Origin: Podospora anserina
Lineage: Eukaryota
Assembly (NCBI GenBank): GCA_017654855.1
Contig: JAFMPO010000001.1
Coordinates: 930,001-994,000, forward strand
Direction: 5' to 3'
DNA length: 64,000 bases
The position numbers and the translations under genes were made by a program. Shown here piece after piece: positions 1-13,280 of this stretch (within the stretch, counting starts at the first letter, position 1; each line of letters starts with the position of its first letter). The notes under the pieces were generated by a model that ran no database searches, was not told the origin of the DNA, and saw only the letters and a program-made list of their open reading frames with translations.

Positions 1-948
1 GCATCGCAACCGCATCGTGTTGCCGGCAACCGGATGCGCACTGACGTTTGTCCAAACCCACCACTTCATCAGGGGACACTTTGGAGACGCTCGAATCGTT
101 TCTGAATATCGTCATTCCCATCAAGCCATTGTCAGGTAATCTCCAGCTGGAGGAGGGACTGCTGAAAGCGATACCAGTTAATCTACGCGACCCTACCATC
201 TACCTAGGTATGGGATAGACTCGACGGTTCAAGGTTGCGTTCGCTTCCGAGTAGCCAAGAGGTTGCAGAATCTTAACGTCTTTCTGCAGCTCTAACCAGA
301 CCGGGCCCAGATGGTAGCCAGCATTTGCCGAGAGGTCTTTCCCGCCATACTCCGTACAGTTCTCTCTTCTTCCCACTCCCCAGAGACTGGATGAATGACG
401 GAAGTGGGATTGCGCGCATAAGTTGTGACAAAACCCGAGCAGATCATGTTCAAGACCCCCTCGCCGTTCCTGCCCCTCCTCTCCACACCCTCGTCAGCTG
501 GCTTCCTACACAAGATTTTTGGACATCCACTTGTCCGATCAGATCCGGTTAATCATGGACCATGTCACGCTTCACTTGGAAAATATGTTGCACGGGAATG
601 ACAAATCGCATGGATGGCACCGGGCAGAGCTGTTCTTATTCCGCTGATTCCAGCCTCGACTCGACCAAAGTACTTTGACGCACAAGCTGTGATGTCGATT
701 GCAGGACACCCGAAGTGAAACCGGTGGGCCTGGTTCTTTGCTACCACGCTATTCGAGCGGGCAGGCAGCTCGATGAGCCGACATACCGGTCGGTCGTCAG
801 ATGTAACCTTCACCACTCGCCGGGCGATGCGGCGTGGGTTGCCGTGAAAAGACTGAGCCGCTGTCAGCTAGGTAATCTCAGCTCGTGCTCATCAAATCCC
901 GGAATCACAGAGCAACCGTACATGATATGTGCGACGACGTCTGGATAG

Positions 949-980
949 CCAAAAAAAAACCAAAAAAACCAAAAAAAACC
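949..980. repeat. (CC-A7-9)x3 simple tandem repeat
   Basis: ccaaaaaaaaac caaaaaaacc aaaaaaaacc read directly. Confidence 0.8.
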
Positions 981-1571
981 GTGTGTACACCGCACTCTCT
1001 GTGATCTTCCAACACAACTCGCTTGGCCTCGGACCTGACCTCCGTGCGCCGAATATTCCACAAAGGGAAGAAAGACATGGAAAAAGCTTTTCGCCATCTC
1101 CCACCAATTGCCAGACCTCGACACATCTTGCACACAAACAGACGTAAACCTTTCAGAAACACCATCTCGCACAGGGCACGAAGGTACAGGAGAGCTCCCG
1201 TTCAGAGGCGCGCCAATCCTGGCTGGAATTGTTGGCGCTGGCCCGTCCCGCCCTCTCACAGCTCCCGCGAAACCGGAACCAAGCTCTGCCCAAAAAGCCA
1301 CAAAGTTTAGTTGGATGTATGTCTGTGTGTATGATGTTCCAGTTTGTGACCGATCACTTTGTAATCTTTTGTTGTCACTCGACCGAATGGGAAGGCTAAT
1401 GCTGGGTATGAACTCGTAAAACCGGGCGGACCTGGTCTGGCTTGCCGGGACTCGTCCGTGGTCTTTTGAACACCCCAAGTGGGAATGATGACACCAGGTT
1501 TCACGATCTAACAGCACAGCGCCCAAAAGAGCAGCAACACACGACATGTCTAACCCTGTTTATCCTTTTTA

Positions 1572-1632
1572 TTCTTTCTTTCTTTCTTTCTCTATAGCCC
1601 CCCCCCAACCCCCCCCAACCCCCCCCAACCCC
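1572..1632. repeat. (TTTC)n tract followed by (C8-9AA)x3; four G-runs on the minus strand
   Basis: Direct reading of 1572-1590 and 1598-1632. Confidence 0.8.
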
Positions 1633-2403
1633 ATTCCCAGCAATTCCTCCATGCCCTTCCCCCAGATAGTACAATCTCTCCCAAGCAGGCTGGGGTCGTT
1701 GTCTCTGAATCCACTCCTCCAGTTGTAAACCAGCAAAACTCCGGATCCGTTGTTTCTTGAACCATGGGTGCCGCCTTTTCATCTTTCCTCTCTTTGGCTC
1801 TTTTCCACCCTCGGCCGGCCTTCCCGGCCTGACCATACCTATAGTCCTCGAAAAAGTAAACACCACCCTCCCCTTGCACGACGTCCAAGCAAACGCAACC
1901 AAAGACGCTTTGTCGTGCGTCTTTGCATTGGAGGTTCACATCGAGCAGAGAAAAAGACGCCGCTTACTCAGTTGACCTCCTATCTCATGAATGCACCGGC
2001 CGGTGTGGTTCCCTACGCAACCGATCCTTTTTGCAACACATACACCCGTCCGTCTCCATTCCCAGAGCCCAAGAGGCAATGCCAGATTGCCTAATCGAGA
2101 CATTAACGCTCTCCTGGTTTCCCAAGCCTTTCCCACCCCGGCTTAGGCTCAGCTGTTACTACTTTATCCCTGACAAGGCTAACAACAATGGAAAGCTGAA
2201 GGATCTTCGAAGACGCTTGTGCGCAAGAAAAAAGAAAAAAAAAGGAAGGAAAGAAAAAACACGCTAAACGGCCCTCTTTAGGCGGAACTTCGGGACTCGT
2301 CACCACCATCCTCCACTTGCTTCGTATTTACATACACCAAAATCCCCACTCTCAACCAGGAAAACAAGAAGGCAAGACAAGAAGGCAAGCCACCATGGTT
2401 GAC

Positions 2404-2443
2404 ATCACACACATCACACACACACGCACACACACACACACAC
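2404..2443. repeat. Imperfect (CA)n microsatellite
   Basis: cacacacatcacacacacacgcacacacacacacacac. Confidence 0.85.
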
Positions 2444-2886
2444 TTTCACCGTTATTCGTTCCGTAGAGCATGAACCTAGTAAAAGCGTGCCAAGTTGGTG
2501 TGACTTTTGTGATCGATCAACCTAGTGCACCCACACCCCGGTCTAGTTCGCTTCAGATATAACTCCCGGGCCGTTAAGTGACAGTTTTCTCTTTGCTGGG
2601 ACCGCCTGCCTAGTGGAGGGGGGTGTGAGAATGACGAGTGACTGAATCTGTGCGGTGTTGGGTGATTCGGGCCGGCCCACTGAACGACAACAGGTTACTT
2701 GACAGGCAACGACTTCCGATCCAGGGGCGCGATGAAAAAGACGAGCGGGCTGAGGATGCGATCCAGACCAATCCACACCCCCAACCCACGCACATCATGA
2801 TGTACATCAGTCGAGACAACAAGCTTCCCCCTATCCTGTCCTTTCTTCCCCACCCGCCCCGTCCCCTACCCGTGCGGCGCGGTAGT

Positions 2887-5800
2887 TTACAGCTTGTCGT
2901 CAGCAGCAGCTTCCGGCTTTGGGTCGCTTGTCTCGAGGGTAGCGGTCATGTTACTAGCAGCGGCGGCGGCCACAGGTGTGGGTACAGGTGTAGACGCATC
3001 CGCACCCTCTTCCGCCGCTTCTTCGGCTTGTCCTTCCTTGATCTCGCCCGCCTTTGGGGTGGCGACGACAGTAGCGACAGATTCATTCGTCGGCGTGGCA
3101 GTCTCCACCTCATCAGTGGTAGCAGCAGTGGTGAGGGTGGTGCTTTCGGAAGCGGCAGCAGCGTCCCCCGTGGTTTCAGCTGTATTATCAAGAGGACCAG
3201 TAGTGGTGGCGGCGGCATGCTCAACCGTCTTCATCTCCAGGCCTTCCTTCTCGCCACCTTCAGCTCCACCGGTTGGACCAGGAGTAGCTACGTTCTCGTC
3301 ACCGTTGTGCTGCTTCTCTTGGAACGTAAAGGCATCCGATAGGTTGACGGCCAAAAAGGTCTTGGGCAATTTGACTCTGAATGGACAAGCACGCGTTAGC
3401 AAATCCACAAATATAAGCCTCTGATATATGTCCAACGTGACCAACGAGATCACCAAAACCAAGGAACCAAAGGTTGGTCCTGTTTGGGTTGACCTACCGG
3501 CCCTCTGATACAGGTCCGGCATGGCATGACATGATGCGAAGGGGCTAACGGGGGGATGGGAGATGCGGAGCAAAGGAAGAGCATCCAAAGCCCAACAAAC
3601 AGAATGACAAAGAAAGCAAAAAATAGGAACTTACTGATGGAACTTTGCCCTCAACGTCTCAATAACAAACATCCAGTCGGCATGAGCCGTCAGGCTTCTC
3701 CTGGGCGCGCACCCAATGCAGTGTTTGCTGTCGAGCTGCACATCCAGCGGGTCGAACACATGACAGCCGGGGCTAATGGTAATCTTGATGCTGTAGTTGA
3801 ACACGGGCGTGCCCTCGGCATCAATGGGCGGGTTGGCCGGCATCTCGTACAGTTCAAAGGAGATCTGCGACAGGTAGTCCAGTTCCGGGATCGTGGCCCG
3901 CTTGATCTTAGTCTCGAGGCCGCCCTCCAGAATGCAGTTGAGCAGCGTGTATATGTGAGATTCCTTTGTGAAGTAGATGAACGACTTGGCCTCCTCGGAC
4001 GCCTGCATGTCCTCGAGGTCCTGGACGATTTCCTTGAGCAAGGGGAGCGAGGTCAGAAGACCGATCTCAAGCTTCTCGCTGTCCGAGATGCCGTATTCCT
4101 GCGGGCAGATGAAATCGAAGAGAACCTTGGCCAGCTGGTACAGCTCCCGAAGGGGCTCGAATCGGGCGTCGGTTTTGGCCTTTGTCTGGCTGTTGCCGCG
4201 GTGAAGGTGAAAGTACCTCTCTGGAAGCTCAGCGTCGACATTGCTCGAGGGTCGCAGGCCGTTGAGGAACGACCTCCTACGGAAGATCCGCTTCACAGCC
4301 TTGTGGCCCTCCTTCTCAATCTTCTCACTAAGACTCGAAGCTGACCTCTCTGTTTTAGTCTCCTCTGGCAGAGGTGCCGTTCGAACACTATCCTCCGAAT
4401 CCTTTCCGCTGGCGATCGCCGGCACAGAGCTGGATGCCGTTGCCGACGCGGTTGACGTCTTCCCGTTGGACGACGACGACGACGAAGATGCCGCTGGCGA
4501 CGGACCTTTTCCGAAATTGGTCTTGTACTCATCTTCAAGCATGTTCTTTGGTGGCGCAAACACCCACTCGAGGAACTGGCGATTGTGGAGGGCATCAAAC
4601 TTCATGGTATCATAGAGCTCCGAGATCTTGCTCGGATCAACCTTCTCGCCATCGCAGAACTCGGCGAAGAGTTTCTCCCAGCGCTCTTTGAACAGCTCCG
4701 CATCCTCACCGCAGCACCACCTCGCCTGGATGCCCGTCACCGCATTAGCCTGCGACAAGGAACCAACCGACGCAAGCGACGAGATTGACACACCAGAGGT
4801 GGAGTTCCCATCGGCGGCGCCCTTATCACCAGAAGAGGGGTTGTTGATGGCGTTCAGCGAGTTCACTGCACCACTATACAGCTTCGCGTAGTTGTGCTGC
4901 ATGACCTTGCGATGGAAGTTCATCAGCTGCACCACCCTCGTCTGCACCTCGGCCGGCTCAGGCATGTTGTCTGGCCAAGCGAACTGAGGCGGCCTCTCGT
5001 TGCCCTTCCGAAGAAGCCCCTTAAGCTTCTTCTTCACCTTGTCCATCTCGTCCTTGGCCGCGTTGGAATCATCCAAAAGATCCTTACGAATGGTGATAAA
5101 ATCCTCGGGCACATCCTTCTTGTTGAGGAAGCTGGCCGCCCAGATCTGAGCCGAAGTCACGACGCGACGCTCCGAGGAGCTGAAGACATGAACCTCATCG
5201 AGAACCTCGCGGTTCATGAGACCCAAGTCACTGCGCATGCTTTCGCCGAGCTCCTGCGCTTGGTAGCGAGCAGAGTGCGTGGGCTCGCCGCCCCATTTGA
5301 CAATGAGCTGGAGTTTGTCGAGAACAAGGCTTTCTTCCGCGGCGGTGAACTTGGACATCGTGACGCCTGACAGAGAATCATGGCGCTTAGGCGACCTCCG
5401 GGTCTTGTACGCATCGCTGTCGGCCTTGTCACCTTCGCCCTCGGTCTCGGTCTGAAGTGGGTGGTCCTCCTCTTTCATCGTGTCGATTTCGTTCTTGTTC
5501 TCAGTCTTGCCGTCATCTTCAGCCGAAGTGTCGCTCTTCTTGTCCTTCTTCTTCTCCTTGTCCTCTGGCTTCTTCCTGAACATGGGTTTAATCTGAACCT
5601 TGGTGCCGGCCCAGCTGCCCTTCTTGATGAGCACGTTGCGGAGAGCTTTGAGCTTGTTGCGGTCTTCAACACCCTCCCTCATTGCCACATCCACGGCATC
5701 GAGGACACTGGCAAGGGCAGGCTCGCCGATGAGAAGAACCTCTTCTTGATGGCCTTTGAGAAGCTCAATGAACGGCGCAGTGTGGAAAGTGAACTTGTAC

Positions 5801-8475
5801 TTTTGCTTTGGCGTTCGGTCCGCGTGACGAATGACGGACACGACACCCTTGAGCTTCCAACTCGGTTTGGGGGGGGGTGGAGGAGGAGGTTCTTGGTCAT
5901 CTTGGACGGCGGTAACGGTTGTCGGCGTGTCAACCTGCATGACAGAAGGCGCCGCAGAAACAGTCGAGGGGGCAGTAGAAGGTACACTGTCAGCCACCGA
6001 AGACGAGAACTGACTGGCCAAGGGACTAGCAGGTATGCTCCCGTATTTCGAGTCTCCCTTGATCGTGATTGTCTGGCTGCTAACCACCTCACCTGGCACC
6101 TCCCTGGCCACAGCTGGCTTGTCCATACTTGCCCTGCTTTGCGCCTGCTGGGCAGCCACATGGGCGACCAACTCCCTCTCCTTATTCGCGTACGCCGCAC
6201 GAACCGCCATGCTGGCCGCCATAGGGTCCACGTCGGAGATCGCAGGCGATGGAATGGGAGGGGTGAGTCCCTCTTTGCGAAGCTTCTCTTTGATGAAAAT
6301 CTCCTTGAGAATGTTGGCGCAGTGATCGTAGTAATCATCATTATCCTTGACGAAACTCCAACCGTTGACGTCGATTACGTAGCTCTTCCCGCCGGCGCGC
6401 AAAAAGTCGAAACCGCAAACGCGCTGACCAAACGTGGTACTGATCTTGCTGGCGATCTCCTTTTCCTCGGCGCTCAACCCTGTGACGTACCGGACCTCTT
6501 TTCCGTGCGTGTTACGCCTCACCACGCCGTCCACCACTGGCGATTTTCTCGTCTCTGCGTGGCAGTATGTTGGCCCAACCGTGTAAGCTTTTACATCTTC
6601 AGCATTGTCAACTTGCATAAAGCGTTCATAGATGAAACTCTCCTCGGGATGGGTGATGCACCTCGGGACCGATAGTCCCTCGACATACTCGCTGCTCTTG
6701 TTGCCAATCTTCCGGAAAAGCTTCCTTGCGCCGCCGCCTGCGGAAGAAGGGAAATAGATGATGATGTTGTGGTCCTCACCGCTGGTTGGCTTCTCAACAA
6801 ATGGCTTCTTGATCAAGGTTCCGTCAACGGACAGGATGTCACCACCATCCAGCAGCTCAACCTTGCGGGGAGCAGCTGCTCTGGCGGCCTCCGGGTCAGG
6901 ATCCGTGGGCTCGAAGACAATCCCACTAATGTCCTTGATGTGCTTACACACGTCAGGTGTAAGAAGTCGGGGGCCGCCATCACGGTTGACTTCAATTCTT
7001 TGGGGAGTGGGGACATTGATTCTATCCAACAGTCTCAAGCACAGCCTTCTGTCCCAAAGAATCTTTTGCATAGGCACATCGTTGACACAGAAAGGTTTTC
7101 TGGCCTTGACATACGCGATGGCCTTGTCAAGCGGGAAGCCGTCCGAGTAGAATGAGATCAGGTAATCGCAGATGGGCCAGTTCTCAATGGACTCGTCAAG
7201 AATAACCTTGTCCCCAAATACACAGACGTCGAATTCGCGGTTCTGAATCAGGCGGTTCAAGATATTTCTACTAGGCTTGCTCCGGGCTTTCACGTCCAGC
7301 GCGCAGACGCCGATGACGCCCCAGGGAGCGGGCCTAGGTTCTTCCTTCTCTCCGCGGTGGTGATGATGGGAAACGACACGGTCTCCGCTAGGGCTGTGGC
7401 TGCTGGCCGCGGTACTACCGCTGAACCTGCGCTTGGCCCGGCTTCGCGATCGAGTAGGTTGAGGACGAGGAGTAGGGGTTGTTCCTGTTTTCTGCTGCGT
7501 ATCGCCACTTGCTTGAGATTGCTGACCAGTCGTCTTCCCTATATCACCAACAGTTTGACCTCTCGCCTCCCGAGGAGCAAGCTGAAGGGCACCCTGATGG
7601 GATCCCTGACTTCCCGTGGTAACTGTGACGTTCGACATGGTCGCTTCAGGCTGGGCCGCCTTATTGGTAGCCATGATGCCAGACACTGACCGATGGCCAG
7701 GGACGCCAGAGATGCTATTGTTGTCGCTTCCGTTGGCAGAAGCAGCTGAGCTGATGACTCCGCGAGCAGAGGCAAGACTATAAATCGACCCAATGCTCAC
7801 GCGGTTGCTGACGCTTGCGCCGGCCTCGGAAAAGGAAGAGCGGGCGCTGCGGTAGGCGGGTTCTGGTAGTTGGTTGTGGCGATACAGGCCTGTCTCGCTC
7901 TGAGTGCTGGGCAACAGGCGAGGGGTCTCGGATTCTTCAATGGCGGTTGCCGAAGAAGAATCTGCAAAATCTCGAGGGGAATAAGGTTGCTCGGAGGGAT
8001 TGGTTGGGACACGGCGGAGGCTGGTGGCGTCTTCGCTCCAGGCGTCGGAATGGGACGAGTCTCGACGGACAGGATGACCTTGGGCTGGCAGATGGGCTTT
8101 CAACGCTTGGTGAGTAATAGCCGTGGAAGGTGGGGGCATGGAGAGATTCGTGCGGTCAACGTGGGCCTCCGCGAGAGTTGTTCCAGGATCGGCCTGCTTG
8201 CTCTTGCGGTTGGTAAGACTGGCGAGAGAAGACGAGGAGAGGTTGCGCATATGGAAGCTGGTTCGGTGCGTTCTAGTTCTCACCGGCGAGACTGGTGCTG
8301 GTGGCGGCGCGCCTGCCGGTGTGACTGCTGGCGACGTTGAGTTTGCAGCTGGCTCTGCCTGTCCTTGCTCTTTTCCCTTTTCTTGTGGCGCAAAGTATCC
8401 GTTCACCGGCTCTGTGGATTCCACCGATGATAGGCCTGCTTCGTCAAGCTTCGACTTGTCAGAGTTTGTGTCCAT
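2887..8475 (-). CDS. vip1: Inositol hexakisphosphate/PP-IP5 kinase-pyrophosphatase (Vip1/Asp1/PPIP5K); 2 exons (8475-3635, 3376-2887)
   Basis: ATP-grasp kinase motifs ([35 protein letters not shown]) plus histidine-phosphatase RHADR motif. Intron 3634-3377 (GTAAGT..GCTAAC..CAG) joins KFHQ to [14 protein letters not shown]. First ATG is at 8475; the track start at 8535 is non-ATG. Confidence 0.95.
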
Positions 8476-9714
8476 GGCTAGGACAGAAAATGCGGGCACC
8501 GGAACGAGTTCGAGCTTCTTCCTTTGGGTTGGCACGGCACTCTCGGTGTGTGGCTTGCTGGTTCCTGGAAGGGAACAAAAGAACGAGAGGCTTCAGGGGG
8601 ATGGGAGGCTCAAAGAGACGTGTTTGTGGACGGTCTGGAAATGCTCGATACCGAAATGCTACCAGTCAGATAAGACTGACACGACGGGGATTTTTTATGG
8701 TACAAGAATGGTCAATCGATACTGACAAGATGTGGCAATAAACGGTCTAGAGCTGATTTTCTACCAAGCAATAGGAAGAAACAAAACAGAAGCAGAACGA
8801 AAAACAAGAACGCCAAACACTTTTGTTTTGTGCCAGTCCCTGCCGCAATCCGATTCCGCTCTGGGGTGCCGTCTGTTCCACGTGAAAATGAAAGAGTCTG
8901 GGGCAGTAGTGGCCCAGCCAAGCAGTGGCATCCGTAGATTCTCTTCAATGGCGAATGGCCAATGCGAATGGAAGGGGCCGAGAGAAGGGCACGAAGCTGA
9001 TGGCCAGACTGCCACGACTGGGCTCTCTGGATGGGCCAACCCGGTTCCCGAATCGTGGTTGCACTGCTGCCAACCAGGGCTATTTTTTCCCTGGCGGGGC
9101 AGTTTGGAAACCTGGGAGGGGCACACAAAGCATGATGACGCCCTGGCCCGCAGAGCACGAGCCAACATGTGTCATTGGGATGGTGGGGCATCTGTCTCTA
9201 ATCTTGTCTCTGTTTCCGTTTGCATTGATGGGACATGCTGTCTCAACCCTGAGGGGTATTCTCATGTTCCATCTGCAAGTGATTCCTCCCACAGTCTTTA
9301 GCAGTTTGCATCGCCAATGCCTCAGTTTTGCGATCTGTGGCCACAAGGTGTCATATTGAGTGCTGTGCGTAACGGGTAAGTGCTCGCGTGACCCGCTTTG
9401 GTTGTCATCCGCTACTCTGGTGTCATGTCGAGCTCCCATAGGCCAAGCGGTTTGGCTTGTCCTAGGAAAACAGGCGGTGAAGAAGCTTTCGGCTGGCTTG
9501 CATGAAGCCCCTGTCATGGTTCAGATTCTCGATTATGGCGTCGAAAAACTGCCATGTTCGTGTGTTAATCCGGAGCGGGGGTGCCTGCCGGCCGGCGGTG
9601 TGTCTTGGCATATGTCTTCGGCACCCTCGACCCGGCCTGGGGTCGGTGTTCGGTGGTTGTGGGGCCGATCGAAAAAGTTTGGGTGGGGTCCAAGTCCCCT
9701 TTCCCATGTGTGGC

Positions 9715-9724
9715 TGAAAATTTC
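9715..9724 (+). promoter_or_regulatory. RRPE-like element TGAAAATTTC upstream of utp21 (second similar GAAAAAGTTT at 9671-9680)
   Basis: Resembles the ribosome-biogenesis RRPE consensus and lies about 140 bp upstream of an SSU processome gene. Confidence 0.4.
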
Positions 9725-9863
9725 TGGACGGGCTTGGTTCAGCGAGGCTGCTGCTGTAAGAAAACTTCCATCACCAATATTTTACTCGCGACAAAGGCCA
9801 TTGGCAGCGTATACAGTGGTTTTTTGTGATAGAAAGCTCCTCGCGAGCTGCAACGCGACAACC

Positions 9864-12800
9864 ATGCCTCACTCAGAGATCGACCACCCTTCGACGAAGC
9901 GGCAAAAGCGCGATGCGATCGTGCAAGCGCAGCCATCTTCAAAGAGGAGCGGCTCGGCCATTTTTGCGCCTTTCCGGGTACGCATTACCCAACCACAGAA
10001 AACTATGCAAATTCGAGATGGAAACAATTCTGACAGTCCTGAGTCCTGTAGACCATTGGTTTAGTTTCACCAACAAACGTTCCCTTTGCCACGATTCCCC
10101 TTGGCAAAACCACCTTCCAGATCACGACTTCTGTCGGCCGTGCCCTTCAAACATACGATCTCAAGCGCGGTCTCAATCTTGTGTTCGTCACCCGCCCTCA
10201 GACTCCCGCCGATATAACCGCCACCTGTGCTTGGAAGGAAAAGGTATATGCTGCTTGGGGAAACCCGAGCAAGGGTGAATCTCAAGGATTATGGGCCTTC
10301 CAGCGCGGCAAGAAGGCTGCTGAGCTTCAGCTCCCTATCGGCCTCGATCAACCCATCAAACAGATTGTCATTTTTGGCTCGTGGATTATCGCATGCTGTG
10401 TCACGAGGATAGAGGTCTTCAAGTCGGCTACACTGGAACACTACACTACTCTCTTTACTGCGGCGGCTAAGAGGGGCGACAATGAAATTACGGGCGGCGT
10501 CTGCAACATGCCAACCTTCTTGAACAAGATCTTTGTCGGCCGGAAGGATGGTTGGGTTGAAATTTGGAACGTCAGTACCGGCAAGCTCGTATACACGATC
10601 CTGCCGCCCGCACCCAACAGCGGGTCCGTGACTTGTCTGCAACCCTCGCCCGCTCTGTCGTTGCTCGCCATCTCGTACTCTGGGGGTTCTCTGGTCATTC
10701 AAAACGTTCTCACGGACAAGAAAGTGTTGCAGATCCAGGCTGGCAGTGAAGATGCTCCCGTTACCTGCATCTCATTCCGGACTGATGGTCAGGGTGCCGG
10801 GGAGGATGGCCGGAAGGATGGTGTTATGGCTACAGCAACTGGTTTTAGTGGGGATGTGACTTTCTGGGATCTCAACAAGGGTGGAAGATCGATGGGTGTT
10901 TTGCGCAGCGCCCACAACCCCCCATCACGCAACAAGGCCGTTGGTGGCGGTATCAGCAAAATCGAGTTTCTTCCCGGTCAGCCCGTAATCATCACAAGCG
11001 GTCTCGACAACTCTCTCAAGTCTTGGATCTTTGACGAGACACCATTCTCGCCAGTACCTCGCATTTTGCACCAGCGAAGTGGACATGCGGCGCCTGTCAG
11101 CTGCCTGCAATTCTTGCCGTCTGATTTCGATGGCGCAGAGGCTGGAAACAAGTGGCTTATGAGCGGTGGGCACGATAGGAGTCTCTGGGGATGGAGTTTG
11201 CGAAGAGATGGTCAGAGTACCGAACTATCACAAGGTGCCATTCGGAAGAAGGCAAAGAAAGCCGGTATTCTTGCTGGTGGGTCTTTAATTCAAGGCCCAA
11301 GCACAACCTTGGAGGATCTAAAGGCCCCGGAAATCACATGCATCGCATCTTCACTAAACCGCGATGGTGGTATTGGTGCTATGCCCGGAAAGCAGGTCAT
11401 TTGGGACAAGGCCAACAGCACAAAATACTCTAATGCCGAGCTCAGCGGAATGACGGGCTGGGAGAGTGTCGTTACCGCTCACAAGAACGACCCGTGGGCT
11501 CGCACATGGTTTTGGGGACGAAAGAGAGCTGGTCGTTGGGCATTCAAGACTGGCGACGGCATGAATGTTTCCACTGTGGCCATCAGTTCATGTGGCACTT
11601 TCGCTGTGGTCGGGTCGGAGGGAGGCAGTATCGACACTTATAACCTTCAGTCAGGTCGGCACAAGCAACGTTTCCCTTCCAGGTTGACACCGGCCCAATT
11701 GAGGCAGATCAAGATGATGCAGCTGAGAGCGCTGGACAAGGTCAACGAGCTTCAGGCACGATCAGCCCAGAGCTTCCCGCCGGGCACTGGCAAGCACACA
11801 GCGGCGGTAACAGGTCTTGTTGTTGACTCTCTCAACACAACCATTACCTCGTGCTCGCTCGACGGTAAGATCAAGTTCTGGGACTTTTCCACCGGCAACT
11901 TGATCGACGAAATCAACTGGGCGCCCATGACCAAGATAGTGACCTGCCGCTATCATCCAGGCAATGACCTTATCGCGTTTGCCTGTGACGACCACTCCAT
12001 CCGGGTTGTCGATATTGGAACCAAGCAAACGATCAGAGAATTCTGGGGCTGCCGGGGAGACATCAACGACTTTTGCTTCTCCAATGACGGCAGGTGGATC
12101 ATTGCTGCCTCTCAAGACTGCATCATTCGCATCTGGGATTTGCCCACAAGCCATCTTATCGACGCATTCCGCACGGAAACTCCCTGCACCGCCCTCGCCT
12201 TCTCCAACACGGGCGAGTTCCTAGCCGGCTCGTGTGAAGGCAGCCTTGGTGTTCAACTCTGGACTAACAGAACGCTCTTCAAGCACGTCCCAACCCGGCA
12301 AATCTCGGACGCCGAGATTGGCGAGGCGGCCGGCTCTCTGCCGACGGCATCCGGTGAAGGTGGCGAAGGTCTCATTGACGCTGCCTTTGAGGATGATGCC
12401 TCGGAACCAGCCGATGATGGCGTAACTGCGCCAGTAATTGACCAGCTCTCCTCCGACATGATGACCTTGTCTCTGGTCCCCAAGAGCAGATGGCAAACCC
12501 TTCTGCATATCGACTTGATCAAGCAAAGAAACAAGCCAAAGGAGGCCCCCAAGGCGCCCGAAAAGGCACCATTCTTCTTGCCATCTGTTGGCGGATCGAA
12601 CTCGCTATTACCTCCTATTGAAGACGACAAGGAGGGCAAGGAGGTTGTATCGAGGATAACGCAGCTAGATGCTACGAGGCAAGAGCAGGCTTTCTCCAGC
12701 AAGCTGACTGCCTGCGGGGAAAAGGGCGATTGTAAGTTTCCCGCCGTTGTGATGATTGGATAACAAGATGGCTGACCCTGCATACAGACACCGAGTTTAT

Positions 12801-13134
12801 CGAGCACCTCAAATCTCTTCCTCCTTCGGCGGCTGATCTTGAGCTCCGGTCCCTCTCCATGGGCAACAGTGAGGACGATTACGAAAATAACGAGTTGCTT
12901 CACTTTATCAAGGCCTTGACCAGCAGGCTGATCGCCAGAAGAGACTACGAGCTGACACAGGCGTGGATGACTGTGTTCCTGAAGCTGCACTACGACCTTG
13001 TGATGGCCAACGACTGTCTTCTCAAGGCGCTGGACGAGTGGAAAGAGCACCAAGCGCGGGAAAGAGATAGGCTGGATGACTTGATTGGGTACTGCAGCGG
13101 CGTTGTTGGATTCTTGAGGAATCCCAGGACATGA
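9864..13134 (+). CDS. utp21: U3 snoRNP/SSU processome WD40 protein Utp21; 3 exons (introns 9978-10051, ~12732-12787)
   Basis: N-terminal IFAPFR|TIGLVSPTNVPF, multiple WD40 repeats, KQRNKPKEAPKAPEKAPFFLP motif and C-terminal RDYELTQAWMTVFLKLH. Confidence 0.93.
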
Positions 13135-13280
13135 ATCAAATGTTTTTGTTTCGTTTTTCTGGTAGCATGTAATGTTGGAATCGAAAGTGAAACCAGGAGA
13201 AACTTATATATCACTAACTTTGCTGGAGTATTACTCTCACTTGGTTTGTCGCTCTCTGCTCTTCTGTCATCAATATCGCT

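Noticed and set aside
3556..6675. Plus-strand ORFs (262 and 431 aa) opposite vip1
   Set aside because: Antisense shadows of a conserved CDS
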